Counted from the stretch's first letter, positions 44,012 through 55,509 are shown. The stretch is DNA of 64,000 bases from Nitrosopumilaceae archaeon (GCA_965208905.1 OZ242365.1:1216001-1280000), one strand, 5' to 3'. A program made the numbers and translations. Notes: generated by a model not told the origin, from the sequence alone.

Positions 44012-46530
44012 TTACTTAACCGGGAGCATGTCGATTGCATTCGCGGAAGATCCGTCTGTCAGTCCGGTTTTGTGTTCCTTATCTATTTCATCATCAAACA
44101 CAATCTTAAAGTCGCCCTTCAAGACACCGCCTATTACCTTCAGGTTGCCAGCGTTAAGTGTCTCACCAAGCAATCCCAATACCTTCTCCTTGTATGCAGT
44201 ATCGGGGTTTTCAAGATGCCGTCCCTTGGTTTCGTATATGCGTAATTCTCTCTCATCCTTTCTGCTGAATACGGCAACGAAATCAGGGTATATTTTGTGC
44301 TCCTGCCAGCCGCGCAGATAGTACTCGCCGCGCCCTTTGGCGGCCACCCTGTGCCACCACTCTATTGCTTTGGCATCATCCAGATAGCATGCAAACTGAC
44401 GTTCCGTATTAGTGCCAAAGTCCTCCTTATATACGGGTTCAAACAGACTCCTCTGTACCGGCTTCCCTCTCTTCTTTTCCAATAGACGACCATCATCACG
44501 CAAGGCCTTATACTCGCCCCTCATTTCGAATACACCCATTGGTGCATGCATGTCAAACCGGATGGTCTTACTTTTTAGTTTTGCTTTGAACACTCCCTCG
44601 GCCTTCTCAATGACTTGGGTCTTCAAACCTTCAAGCAGCATATCCTGCAACTCTGCTTCATTTGAGAGAATCTCACCCTCGGACATTCCGGTATCGTTCC
44701 AGAACGACTGTACTATCCTTGCAGCCTGCCATGCGTTGGGAACCAAATCATCGACTATTGATACCCATTCGGCCAGATTTGGTCTATCTGGAATAACACC
44801 ATCTTCATGTACATAGTCCCATCCACCATCTACCGTACCGATTTTGACTGTGTCTGATATAGGTTTTGAATTCCCCCCAACGGTATCCACCTGAACTGTT
44901 ATGTCGTTCCAGTCTATACTGTGCAGTATGTGCTTGTCATAGTCAATATCAATCCATTTTTTACTGTCCTTATGAAGTACTGTTGGAAGGCGTATCTTCA
45001 GTTTTTCAAATTTGGAACGTCGTTTGTTGATTGGCCTGTCCGCTTCCTGCCCACTGTTGGTGTGACGTATTGGTACTTCTGTAAGACCCTCATTATCGAG
45101 TTGTTTCTGTATCCACTCGATCAGTTTTTTGATGTCATCATACATACAAGTCACATAACAACTGTCCAGAGACTCATTACCAGTAAATTCCGTGTACGGT
45201 TGGCGCAATATGCGGCCAAGCAGTTGCGTAAGAGATGTCGGACTCTTTATGTTGTCCAGAATCACCAACATGTATGCGAACGGACAGTCCCAACCCTCCT
45301 TGAGTGCATCTTTGGTTATTATGTACTGTATTACTGTGTCACAACTCATCAAATCTTTGTCACGTAGGTCGTCATCTTCCGATGTCTTTATCGCAACCTG
45401 TTCTGGCGGTATGCCAAGTTCGCGTATGAGATAGTCTTTTACGTCATAAGCGTGTATGTTTGCACCGTCATGCTGTTTCTCACTGGTACGTTCCACACGT
45501 ATTACCATTATAGGCCTGATGTATCGGTACCCCCGAGCTGCAACATCCAATTTTCGTAGTTTGACAACCGACTGCCTGAGCGTACCCTGCCAGTTTAAGT
45601 TGCTGGTTGTCACCTGAATCTGTTTCTTGATCATTGCTTCGTTTTGCAGATCCATCCCGCTGACTACACACAGTATGTTGCTCTTCTCTAGATTCGGCGT
45701 TGCAGACAATTCAATTACCAGTCTTGGTCCCAATCTGTTGACTTGTTCCGCCCACTTGCCAAAGTTTCTAGCGGATGCCTTGTGTGATTCATCTAGTATT
45801 ATTACAGGTTGTATGATACGGAGTACGTTCATCAGACTTTTGCGCGGTATGTCTGTACCATTGATCATGTCCAGCCCTGGATTGTCCCTCTTTAATTTGG
45901 AGATCTTGTCATTCTCATCGGCATCCGGAAAGAACTCACATACATTCTCATTGTCGCGGGTCATTCTTAAAAAATCATTACTAATCCGATTGGTAGCCTG
46001 TAGCGTCAAGGGCATTATACAGAGGTTGTCGCGCAGCACGTTCTTCGCAATTCTATCATCCTTTGTCACTATCTCCACCCTATTACCACTGATAATGTCA
46101 AGCAGTTGTCGTATCGGATGTGTCTTGTCCTTGAGTATGGTTATAGTCTGTTCTTTTATGGTCGTACTAGGTACCATCCACAGTACCAAACCCCGGCTGC
46201 TTCCAATCCTTTTCAGTATGGCGGCGGCCATTCTGGTCTTGCCACCACCGGTCGGGACCTGTATGCACACATGTGGTATAGGCCTACCACCCGGGCCCTT
46301 GCGGTCATGCCATTCTATAGGGGCATTTCCATGAAAATCTCGCCACACACGGGCTAAATTGATTTCTGAGTCATTGCGCATGTGTTTAATCTGATCTTCA
46401 TCAACCCAATCTGTTCCATTTTATGGATAGTGGCTTTTCTATCAGCGACCTGCTTATATTCTTCCTTCAACATGCTGTACCATCGCTCAAACTCTTCAAC
46501 TACCTCTAGTTGATACTCCTTGAGCGGCAT
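44012..46530 (-). pseudogene. res: Type III restriction subunit Res, frameshifted near N-terminus
   Basis: ATG 46530 overlaps mod stop (MPLKEYQ); frame change near 46405; VPTGGGKT, DESH, LKEGWDCP, QLLGRILR, YPDF..ETKG in the 789 aa frame. Confidence 0.85.
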
Positions 46531-48305
46531 CACACACTGCCCCCCGATATGGTATCTGGCAACCTACAGAAGTCTATATTGAGTTTGGACAGTTCGCGCT
46601 GACTCATCTCTTTGTCCGCCGCGAATACTACTGCGTGCCGTTTCTTGGCGCATATATTGTTGGCCGCTGTGGCAGTAAGAGTCGATTCTGCACTCTGTAA
46701 GTATTTGATATCGGGTTTGTACTTCAAATAATAATCTGTGTCTTTACTGGACCAGAACAACCAATCGCGCCTTGGTGATAGTGGTTTCGTAGTCGCGGTC
46801 CCGGCCGCCACGTACAGTAGGTGGGATGCAAGTGTAGGATAGTCTGGAAGGGATTTGCCAGTTAACATCTCCTCTACATCCAGGGGGTTGCCAAGCGTGC
46901 AGTACGTGAAAGAACCGCCAGTACCTTCCTGTAATAACTTGCTTTTGGATTCCGGTATGCCTTTGATAACACATCGAACACGCTCGGTAGTTACCGTATC
47001 AACATATTTGTCCTCACATTCTACCAAGATGAACTTGCGATTACCGCCATCTTGTTTGTTTAAATCAAGAACCACATGGGCAGTGGTACCGGAGCCGGCG
47101 AAGGAGTCAAGAACTATGGCATCCTTACTGGTCGCTGTTCTTATCAACCTCTTGACAAATTCAGATGGCTTGGGTGTCGGAAAAATAAACTTGATTTCAC
47201 GCGTCCCCTTTATACCAAATATGTCTCCCAACTCGGTCGTGGCATCATTGTTGTAAATTCCCTCCATGACACTGGGATTGACAAACATTGTTTTCAGGAA
47301 CAGGTCTACTTGCGAATCCGTGGCTTTTCCCCGTATCTCGGTGACAATCCGTCGTATCTTTACACCGTACTGTTTTTTCAGATCGTCAAGCACTATATCT
47401 GATGCTTCGTCAATAATGGTGGGAAACATGACCTGCCCCTTCCCCTCCTTCTCATAGTACTTCACGTAGACGGCATATTTGCCGGTTTTTAGCTTTTTGA
47501 AAAATACCTTGCCCCCTTTTTTCCATTCTTCAAACTTTTCTTGACCGGCAATCCATTGCATTGTCACCGTCTTGCCGTCAGGCAACGTTATGGGGTATAC
47601 CAGTGTCTTCCTAGAATCTAAGTTGGACTTGAATGGTCGATCATAATAGCGGCCCAACTCCGAGAAATTTTCGTCCTTTTTGGTAAACTTCCTACCCTCA
47701 CTTTCCGGCCTCTCTATCATAAACTTGTCAACTTCTTTCCTGTTCCCGTATACAAGGACATATTCGTGAAGATCAACAAAGTGGCCAGAATGCTTTCCAC
47801 CCGTATACTTTTTTTTCCAAACCAACTGCGCGATAAAGTTAGAATCTCCAAAAATCTCGTCCATTATCATACGCAGTCGGTGCTGTTCATTGTCGTCTAT
47901 GGACACAAAAATCACACCATCATCCGCCAACAACTCTTTTAGCAACTGCAGTCGCGGCCACATCATGCAACACCACTTGTCGTGCCGTTCCAGATCCTCC
48001 GAATCTACTGTCTTCCTAAGCCATTGCTTGATTGCAGGACTGTTTACGTTGTAGTTGTAGACCCACCCCTCGTTGCCGGTGTTGTACGGCGGATCGATGT
48101 AGATACAGTTAACCATACCACCATACTTTGGTAGTAGTGCTTTGAGTGCGTCTAGATTGTCTCCATGTATTATCAGGTTGTCATCAAGTGGGTTGTCCTT
48201 GTCGTGTTTGAATGACTTTTTTTGGTCCGGCTTGAGCGGCCTAGGTGACACCTGTAGATGGTGTGATGCGACGACCTCCTTGTAGGCAAACTGAAGGCTG
48301 GTCAA
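46530..48305 (-). CDS. mod: Type III R-M methyltransferase Mod
   Basis: IHGDNLDALK, YIDPPYNTG, FPTPKP, LDSFAGSGTT. Confidence 0.93.
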   Translation of the reverse strand: MTSLQFAYKEVVASHHLQVSPRPLKPDQKKSFKHDKDNPLDDNLIIHGDNLDALKALLPKYGGMVNCIYIDPPYNTGNEGWVYNYNVNSPAIKQWLRKTVDSEDLERHDKWCCMMWPRLQLLKELLADDGVIFVSIDDNEQHRLRMIMDEIFGDSNFIAQLVWKKKYTGGKHSGHFVDLHEYVLVYGNRKEVDKFMIERPESEGRKFTKKDENFSELGRYYDRPFKSNLDSRKTLVYPITLPDGKTVTMQWIAGQEKFEEWKKGGKVFFKKLKTGKYAVYVKYYEKEGKGQVMFPTIIDEASDIVLDDLKKQYGVKIRRIVTEIRGKATDSQVDLFLKTMFVNPSVMEGIYNNDATTELGDIFGIKGTREIKFIFPTPKPSEFVKRLIRTATSKDAIVLDSFAGSGTTAHVVLDLNKQDGGNRKFILVECEDKYVDTVTTERVRCVIKGIPESKSKLLQEGTGGSFTYCTLGNPLDVEEMLTGKSLPDYPTLASHLLYVAAGTATTKPLSPRRDWLFWSSKDTDYYLKYKPDIKYLQSAESTLTATAANNICAKKRHAVVFAADKEMSQRELSKLNIDFCRLPDTISGGSV

Positions 48306-48419
48306 AGAGGTAGTCTCCCGGCATGTCTAATACACTCCTCTGCGCGGATGGCCCCTTTTCGAAACCATGAAATTGTGGTGGAGATCCATTGGATCGATGG
48401 CCCCAGACTTGTAGATCTA

Positions 48420-48472
48420 GCGTAGCGACCACATCGTCGCGTAGCGACCACATCGTCGCGTAGCGACCACAT
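48420..48472. repeat. 19-bp tandem repeat (about 2.8 units) upstream of mod
   Basis: (GCGTAGCGACCACATCGTC)n. Confidence 0.9.
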
Positions 48473-48736
48473 ACACACGCTACGATCAGACAGCATACTG
48501 TATGATTTACTATTCATCGAATAGGACATCTGAAGTGTGTGGACACCACAATTCTTCATACAGAAGTATCGTAAGTGGTGTCGTATAAACATTGAACATC
48601 TCAGTTCACCTAGAGTTGGACCATCAAGATATGTGGGGGTGAGTCTGTGTGCCAAAAAGAACAACAACTCCGGGTCAGCAATTATACAGTCTCGGTAGGT
48701 CAGCAGGATCATACAGCCATTCTTGAGAAGATCCGT

Positions 48737-48786
48737 AGGTGACGCGTGTTACACTATACAACAGGTGACGTAGATGTTACAGCCCC
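48737..48786 (-). repeat. IS6-like terminal sequence; matching copy at 54853-54897
   Basis: Minus strand reads GGGCTGTAACA-N18-TAGTGTAACA; identical motifs and spacing at 54853 on the plus strand. Confidence 0.6.
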
Positions 48787-48827
48787 TTCATCTCAACACA
48801 CCTTTATAAAACAATTTATTCAAAACA

Positions 48828-50900
48828 GTGTTGAGCTCTACAGTATTTGTCTTAATAGCGGCACTGATATTGGGCTCAACGAGTCTGGTGTATGGCCAGA
48901 GTACAGACCTAGTAGTACTATACACATCTCAAGGCCCACTAGTTATAGAATTTTTCCCTGAAGATGCGCCAAATCATGTAGCAAATTTTATTGAACTATC
49001 TCGTAGCGGCTTTTATGACAACACCGCATTTCATCGCATCATATCTGGCTTTATGATACAGGGTGGAGATCCGCACACAAAGCCCGATTCCGGAGTCGGA
49101 CAAGACCGGTGGGGTATGGGCGGACCCGGTACCACTATAGATGCAGAGTTTAATGATATAATGCACAATCGTGGCATAGTATCCATGGCCCGCTCCAGTG
49201 ACCCAAATAGTGCAGGTTCACAGTTCTTTATAGTACATCAGGACTCTAACTTTTTAGATGCATCATATACGGTCTTTGGTCGTTTAGCTACTGCTGAGAG
49301 TTATGAAACATTGGATGCCATAGCTGGTATAGAGGTGGATGTCATAGACCGTCCCGTATCGCCAGACTTGGTTCGAATATTTTTTGCACAAGTATTAACT
49401 CGTGATCAGGTTGTAAACGTGCAAGACATGGACCCGTCCATGCGAATACAATCAGGTTTTGAGGAATCCTCGTCCGGTGAAGAGTACACAAGTGAGGTAT
49501 ACAACTTTTCCATTAAATTTCCTGAAGGGTGGGTAGTACAAAATATCGATAGTGAAGGCGGACCAAACCTAGCAGCAGTAAGTTCTAGTGATGCTCCGAT
49601 ACCTCCAAGTATCGCTGTATACATCGAAGAGGCTAATGGTCATACAATAGATACTGTTCGGGAGAGCAAACTCGCAGATGTAGAGGCAATGGGGGACAGT
49701 CTTCAGATTGTAAATCATGAGCTGACGACCATAAACAACTTTGATATTTTTGTATTAGATGCCACTGGTATATTTGATATAGGTACTGGGCCTTTTGATA
49801 TTGGATATAGTGAAGTGACTATAGTATCATCAGGTAAAATCTATACTTTGCTGTTCAGTGCAACATTGAGGGATTATGACTCGGGTGTACGATTATTTTC
49901 TGAATCATTGGAATCCTTTGATATCTTGGAACGCAGTGATCATACAGTAGATGATTATACAGTACCTGACTTTGTACGGATATCTCAGTTTTTCTTTCTG
50001 GGACTGAATGTAAACAGTGATCTAAGAGAACAGTTTGGAGGAGTCAGTATTTATTCTGTGGCCAGTGGCAGTATGGTTCCAGTTCTTGATGTTGGTGACT
50101 TGATCGTATCATCACCACTTGAAACATTTGAAGATGTGGCCGTTGGCGATATTATAGTGTTCAATCGTCCTTCGGATCATGACCGTGTCATAGTACACCG
50201 TGTTGATTCGGTCTTAAATGACAACCCATATACACTGCGTGCCAAGGGGGATGCCAACCCTGCGTCAATCCCAGGAACTGACTCTCCTATCACTGAAGAT
50301 GAATACATTGGCAATGTCGTCAAGATATTAGAATATCATCAAAGTATTGATACTGGAGATAATCCAGTTCTGGGAAGTGTAAGCACTCCAGTTGAAATAA
50401 TCATGTTTACTAATTTCCAGTGTCTTGAATGTAAACAATTCCATGATGATGTTTTACCATTACTTGAGACACGATACGTAGATTCAGGTTTAGCCCATGT
50501 TGTGTACAGGGACTTTTTAGACAACCATCCAAACGTAATTACGGCGGCAGTAGCATCACATTGTGCTCATGAGCAGGGAGCCTATTGGAATTATAGTGAT
50601 AGACTTTTTGAGCGTATGAGTTCATGGAGAAGTTTAGATTCTGTAGTGCAAACATTCCAAGCATATGCTACTGGTTTAGGACTTGATAGTAGTGCATTTA
50701 GCCAATGTCTTAGAACTGGCACATACACATCTGAAGTAGTAGGTGATCATGCAGAGGGTATCTCATATGGTATACATGAACCTGGGGTACTGTTTGTTGG
50801 GAGTGAAAGTACTGGGTACTATGAACTGTCAGGTGATACCTCTTATGAAGTGATTCGTAATGTGGTAGATGCGGTGTTGTTCGCCAACCTAGTACCTTAG
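48828..50900 (+). CDS. Secreted fusion: cyclophilin PPIase, PsbP-like, S26 signal peptidase and DsbA-like domains
   Basis: FHRIISGFMIQGGDP, SMARSSDPNSAGSQFF; FSIKFPEGW; SGSMVP..IVHRV..KGDAN; FQCLEC. Confidence 0.85.
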   Translation: MLSSTVFVLIAALILGSTSLVYGQSTDLVVLYTSQGPLVIEFFPEDAPNHVANFIELSRSGFYDNTAFHRIISGFMIQGGDPHTKPDSGVGQDRWGMGGPGTTIDAEFNDIMHNRGIVSMARSSDPNSAGSQFFIVHQDSNFLDASYTVFGRLATAESYETLDAIAGIEVDVIDRPVSPDLVRIFFAQVLTRDQVVNVQDMDPSMRIQSGFEESSSGEEYTSEVYNFSIKFPEGWVVQNIDSEGGPNLAAVSSSDAPIPPSIAVYIEEANGHTIDTVRESKLADVEAMGDSLQIVNHELTTINNFDIFVLDATGIFDIGTGPFDIGYSEVTIVSSGKIYTLLFSATLRDYDSGVRLFSESLESFDILERSDHTVDDYTVPDFVRISQFFFLGLNVNSDLREQFGGVSIYSVASGSMVPVLDVGDLIVSSPLETFEDVAVGDIIVFNRPSDHDRVIVHRVDSVLNDNPYTLRAKGDANPASIPGTDSPITEDEYIGNVVKILEYHQSIDTGDNPVLGSVSTPVEIIMFTNFQCLECKQFHDDVLPLLETRYVDSGLAHVVYRDFLDNHPNVITAAVASHCAHEQGAYWNYSDRLFERMSSWRSLDSVVQTFQAYATGLGLDSSAFSQCLRTGTYTSEVVGDHAEGISYGIHEPGVLFVGSESTGYYELSGDTSYEVIRNVVDAVLFANLVP

Positions 50901-51167
50901 GATGAGTAATTCGGTATTATTTGGGGTGTGTAACTGCATCCACAAGCTTCTTAATATTGGATGCAAATCCATATGGCAGCCCAGCAAATGCAGCAACTAC
51001 GGCTGGCCAGAAATATACGGGTGTATCATGGAGAAGGTATCAACTATATACGAAACTGTCAAAAAAGTTGCCGGGTGGAAATCGACGTATATGTTAATGG
51101 GACAGGGGGTTGTCGTATACTTATAAACACTGCAGAAAACCAACATACCGTGAACAAACTAACAACA

Positions 51168-53602
51168 ATGATACTAATCGTAGCACTAGTACCAGTCATA
51201 ACAGCGTATGGTGTTCATGTAGACAACAACATATGGATGGAAACGGCGGAAGGAAGTTTTACGCCGCATATAATAAAACCAGATCGATACACCGGCATTG
51301 ATTGGAGTGGACCCCATAGAATGTTACTGTTTTCGGCATGATTTTACATACATCTTCCATCATTTATTTGTCATCTCCAACTGTTCGGCAAATTCTACTG
51401 GTGTCATGTATCCGATAGAGGAATGAATCCTCTCGGTGTTGTAATCTACAAAGGCCTTTGCAATGATCGTCTCTGCCTCCTGATAGTTCGCAAACTCGTG
51501 CGGCCAGATGTATTCCTTTTTCAGCGTCTTGTGAAATGATTCGACATGTCCGTTCTGCTCCGGCGTATTCTTGTAGATGAATTCATGTTTGCCGATGCCA
51601 AGGGCCTGGACCGCATGTCTAAAGTCGTGGCTTGTATACTGGTTGCCGTTGTCCGTACGCAATCGTAATTGTGAGCAGTCAGGTTTCTCTGCGGCAACCG
51701 CGTTGGTGATTGAGGTGATTGCAATGTCTCGTGTGGCATTGACATCAAACGCGTAGGCGATCCACTTGCGCGTAAAGCAGTCAATTACGTTGAAGCAGTA
51801 GCACCAGCCGTCTATACCGCACCAGATGTATGTGATGTCCGTCTCCCACAACTGGTGTGGGGCTTTGGGTTTGAAGAGCTTTTGACCCGCTCGAATGATG
51901 TCGTTTTTGGTATTTTGTGGCTGGATGTAGCCCATTTTGCGATATATCCGCTGTATCTGCTTGCGGTTCACCACAATTCCCGTATCGCGCGTTATCTGGG
52001 CCGCCATGCGCCGTGTGCCGTACGTGGGCCTCTTTCTGCTCGTATCTAGCACAGTGCTCAATATATCCGGATTCAATCCCATGTCTCTGGGCTTGGGTTT
52101 GTAGTACCATTGGCGCCTGGATACGCCCGCATACCCTAGCGACTTGCGCAGGCTCAAATGTTGTTCCTGCATGATTTTTACCGCGTTCAATCGTTGCTTG
52201 CCTCCAAGGTTTTTTTTAAAGCGTCGTTTGCGATTGTCAGATCCCCTATGATTCGCTTTAGGTCGCCGTTCTCCTTTTTGATGGCCTTTATCGGATCCTT
52301 CTTTCCGTGATGGGTCAGTCCGGACTTGCCTGCGTCCATGAACTTTTGCCGCCAGGCTTGAAACGTTTGGGGATGAACGTTGTGCTTGCGGCACAGCTCG
52401 GCCGTGCCAATATTGGTCTTGATTGATTCCAAAACGATCTGGATCTTTTGGTCTGGAGTAAACTTTGTTCTTACCATGGCATCATCCCTCCCATTACGAC
52501 TTTAAGCTGTATGAACGTGAGTGTTCTCATTCTAGCGGGGTCCCCACCAGAAAATGTCGTAAAACTAGGTGTACAAGACGGTTTAAACCAATGGAGTAAA
52601 ATCAATGACATTAAATTCACATACACGAAGAACAAACTAGACGCTGACATCATTGTACAACAACAAATAGGAGATGCAACATCTTTTGGTAATGCAATAT
52701 CTGGGTGCCTATTCGAACAACAACAATGCACTATTCAATTATTCAGTGATGTGAATGTTGAGAACAAACAGACACTTGTAAACCGTAAATCAATAGAATT
52801 TACAATAGCCCACGAATTTGGACATCTTATAGGACTGCCACACCATATAGACCCTGGACATGTCATGAGGACTACACATGCTGACAATGTCAGAACATAT
52901 TATGAAGCCAGAGGTGTCAATGTACCAGAGTTATACGAGCCAAGAAACTATGAACGTGTATTAGCTAATAACCCACCAGACACAAGAACATCAAACTCAG
53001 AACCCGGTACATCGGACACACAAACACCAACTGCCATAGGCAGTTCACAGACCTTACACACCCTGAAAATACATTGGCTGGGTATCAAACAGTCACATAC
53101 CGAATTAACTGCAGGGGATATAGAAATAGTAAAACTGTACGCCGTATCACTTGTAAATGATATAATAGACACAATATGGAATCTACCATCAACGGCACAA
53201 ACTAAAATTGGTGGGCTAACAACAATGATAGACGGACTCACAACAATACATGAAACAGTGAAGACAATTTCAGGTCCCATTACCACCACAACCCCTGATA
53301 CTGTTATCGTACTACATCAGGAAGGATCATCTGTACCTGGTTGTGAAAATTTCGATAACTGTCTTGTACCCAGTACAGTTACCATAAATGCAGGCGGAAC
53401 CGTAGTTTGGAAGAATGTTGATAACGCAGCCCACACTGTCACCAGTGGTGTATTATTTGATGGTGGTCCAGATGGTCTATTTGATAGTGGTCTGTTTGTT
53501 CCAGACACCGAATTCTCTCTCATATTTAACACACCAGGCGAATATCCATACTTCTGTCTTGTCCATCCTTGGAAATCAGGTATGGTGATTGTACTAGACT
53601 AA
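51168..53602 (+). pseudogene. Matrixin (M10) metalloprotease-cupredoxin protein interrupted by an IS
   Basis: Signal peptide at 51168; joining 51359 to 52547 restores frame (HLP-PENVV); HEFGHLIGLPH and Met-turn; HTVTSG...YFCLVHPW; extra TGA at 51339. Confidence 0.75.
51360..52546 (-). mobile_element. IS3-family element (orfA 52187-52477, orfB from 51360)
   Basis: orfA HTH; orfB WETDITY, RTDNGNQY, NGHVESFH; A8 slippery run at 52210-52217; CCA at both flanks. Confidence 0.9.
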
Positions 53603-53778
53603 ATTTCATACAACGTATAATACTGTTCAAGATGAGGCTAAGGTAGGTTAGAGAGGTAGATCAGTGTTAGGTATCTTAATGCCTCTGGATGCCATGGCAG
53701 CCTTAGCACACATGTGCCATACATCTAAGTCGAGAACCCCCCGCATGGTTAAAAACAACTAACAACACACAAACTACA

Positions 53779-54114
53779 ATGATAACACAATCAGCAATAT
53801 TAGCCATAACAGGTTTAGTACTATTTGGTATAACCAACGCATATGCAGATCACGGATGGTACGTATCTGCTGAAAGTGAAGTGTTCGAGAATCACTTTTC
53901 AGGTGCTCAGATTATTGAAGTCATAATTCACGGAGGTTCATTAAACACACCTATTGTAACTGTGGACGATAATCCGCTTCCAATGTTTCAAGGACAAAGT
54001 GGTAACTGGTACGGTTACTTTGTAGAGAAAGATAAGGCAAGTGAGGCACAAGACCTAGGTCTGTTTGACTTTGGTATGAAGGCCGAGTTAAATACTTATG
54101 AGTGTCCTACAATT
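53779..54114 (+). pseudogene. N-terminus of a thaumarchaeal secreted/surface protein truncated by repeat E
   Basis: Signal peptide, YVSAESEVFENHFSGAQIIEV...MFQGQSGNWYGYF; ORF tail reads through the repeat. Confidence 0.6.
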
Positions 54115-54256
54115 TGGACTGTCCCATTAATGGCGCCTGTCCCAAAGTGGCGCCTAGAGTGGAAACGGTGGTCTAGTGAGATCAGGAGTGCGGAGTAGAA
54201 ACGAGGTCAAAATTCTGGAGTGGAAATAGTGGTCGTAGACCTATATTTCTAGTCCA
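54115..54256 (+). repeat. Cassette-boundary element copy E (complete)
   Basis: Head nearly identical to A over more than 40 bp; 3 direct boxes; inverted ATTTCTAGTCCA. Confidence 0.9.
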
Positions 54257-54333
54257 GGTGTAGATTGCTCTCTACAACCATGAGGTAACGGCGCGTTGTT
54301 CGATTTATATATCACACACACATCAAGGCTCAC

Positions 54334-54846
54334 ATGAAATTTGAGGAGTTGGATGCCGAAACCAGAAAGTGGATGCTGATCGAATTTGAAGCCGAAGAGA
54401 GTAGTAAGCCCTTCCGTCCCCGCACCCTAGATCACACAGGTCTAGCGAAGTTTGCGGAGATCATGAGGAAGGCGATTCAGACTGGAGACATACAGAGTCT
54501 AGAGGGCGATTTGTCACCATATGTAGTGCACTCCCCTGTTAACGCCGCCCACCGATTAGCCCACTCCGAGTTCACCACTTGGTACACAAGAGGGTTCGCA
54601 AGGCGGCTTATAGCGGAAGGTGTTGAACAATGTGAGGTTTACCGGGGAGAGGGGGCGCGGCAGCCTAGATGTGCCTGCTCACGTCTTGAAGGTAGTGTAG
54701 TGAGTGTAAAGGCTGTCTATGCCGGGCACCGGGTACCGTACCATCACAATGAGTGCAAGACGTCTAACTATGACGGTCCGCCAATCACAATCCCCAATGG
54801 TCCGCTATGCCATCACACAATTAGGCGCGCTCATAAATGCGAGTAG
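54334..54846 (+). CDS. Hypothetical protein, Cys/His-rich C-terminus
   Basis: 170 aa; TTTATATA about 25 bp upstream. Confidence 0.7.
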   Translation: MKFEELDAETRKWMLIEFEAEESSKPFRPRTLDHTGLAKFAEIMRKAIQTGDIQSLEGDLSPYVVHSPVNAAHRLAHSEFTTWYTRGFARRLIAEGVEQCEVYRGEGARQPRCACSRLEGSVVSVKAVYAGHRVPYHHNECKTSNYDGPPITIPNGPLCHHTIRRAHKCE

Positions 54847-54922
54847 ATGCATGGGCTGTAACAACTTTGCATGCTGAGACCTAGTGTAACATCTGCGTGC
54901 TGAGTGGCCGGAGTCAGATCTT

Positions 54923-55246
54923 CTATCTAATTCTACCAAACTTGACCGGTTTGAAGCCCTTACTACCACAACTTCGCCGTTTGTTTTTTGATCTCCTAAA
55001 CGGTGGTGATATGTCTATCCACCGCACAGCCGGTCTTGTGTGGTATATCACGCGTGGTTTGGTTATCTGGGCCTCTACTTCATCCATACGCTGGAGCAGC
55101 TCCATGTCTATCTCGCCACCCTCGCTGACCGCAGCAACCACCTTGTCTAGCAGGTTGCGGGTGTTTTTCAACTCCTGTTCCATCTTGGTGATTTGTTCGG
55201 TGAATTGTTCTAGTCTTGTCTCAATACCTACATCATCATTTGACAT
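54923..55246 (-). CDS. Hypothetical coiled-coil protein
   Basis: 107 aa; TTTAAAA about 25 bp upstream on the minus strand. Confidence 0.5.
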   Translation of the reverse strand: MSNDDVGIETRLEQFTEQITKMEQELKNTRNLLDKVVAAVSEGGEIDMELLQRMDEVEAQITKPRVIYHTRPAVRWIDISPPFRRSKNKRRSCGSKGFKPVKFGRIR

Positions 55247-55383
55247 GCTAGCTCAACGGGCGTGACCATTTTAAAGATTGAGGTTTGATGAAGATTCCCA
55301 CCACACAAACTTTCTACCGGATCCCATCACACAGTAAGTTTCCAGTTCTTCCCCATTTCTTCATTTTTTAGAATTCATTCGGC

Positions 55384-55509
55384 TGAACTGTCCCATCTAC
55401 AGCGCGTATCCCAAAACAGCGTGTGGAGTGGAAATATGGGGTAGAACTGATCAACCATCGATCAGGTGTGCGGAGTTAGGGTTGAACTGGGAATATACGT
55501 CAAGCCGGT
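55384..55509 (+). repeat. Cassette-boundary element copy F
   Basis: TGAACTGTCCCATCTACAGCGC head, TGGAGTGGAAAT, GATCAGGTGTGCGGAGT. Confidence 0.85.

Noticed and set aside
51302-51311. TGGAGTGGA box-like match
   Set aside because: Single match inside a coding segment, without the other modules.
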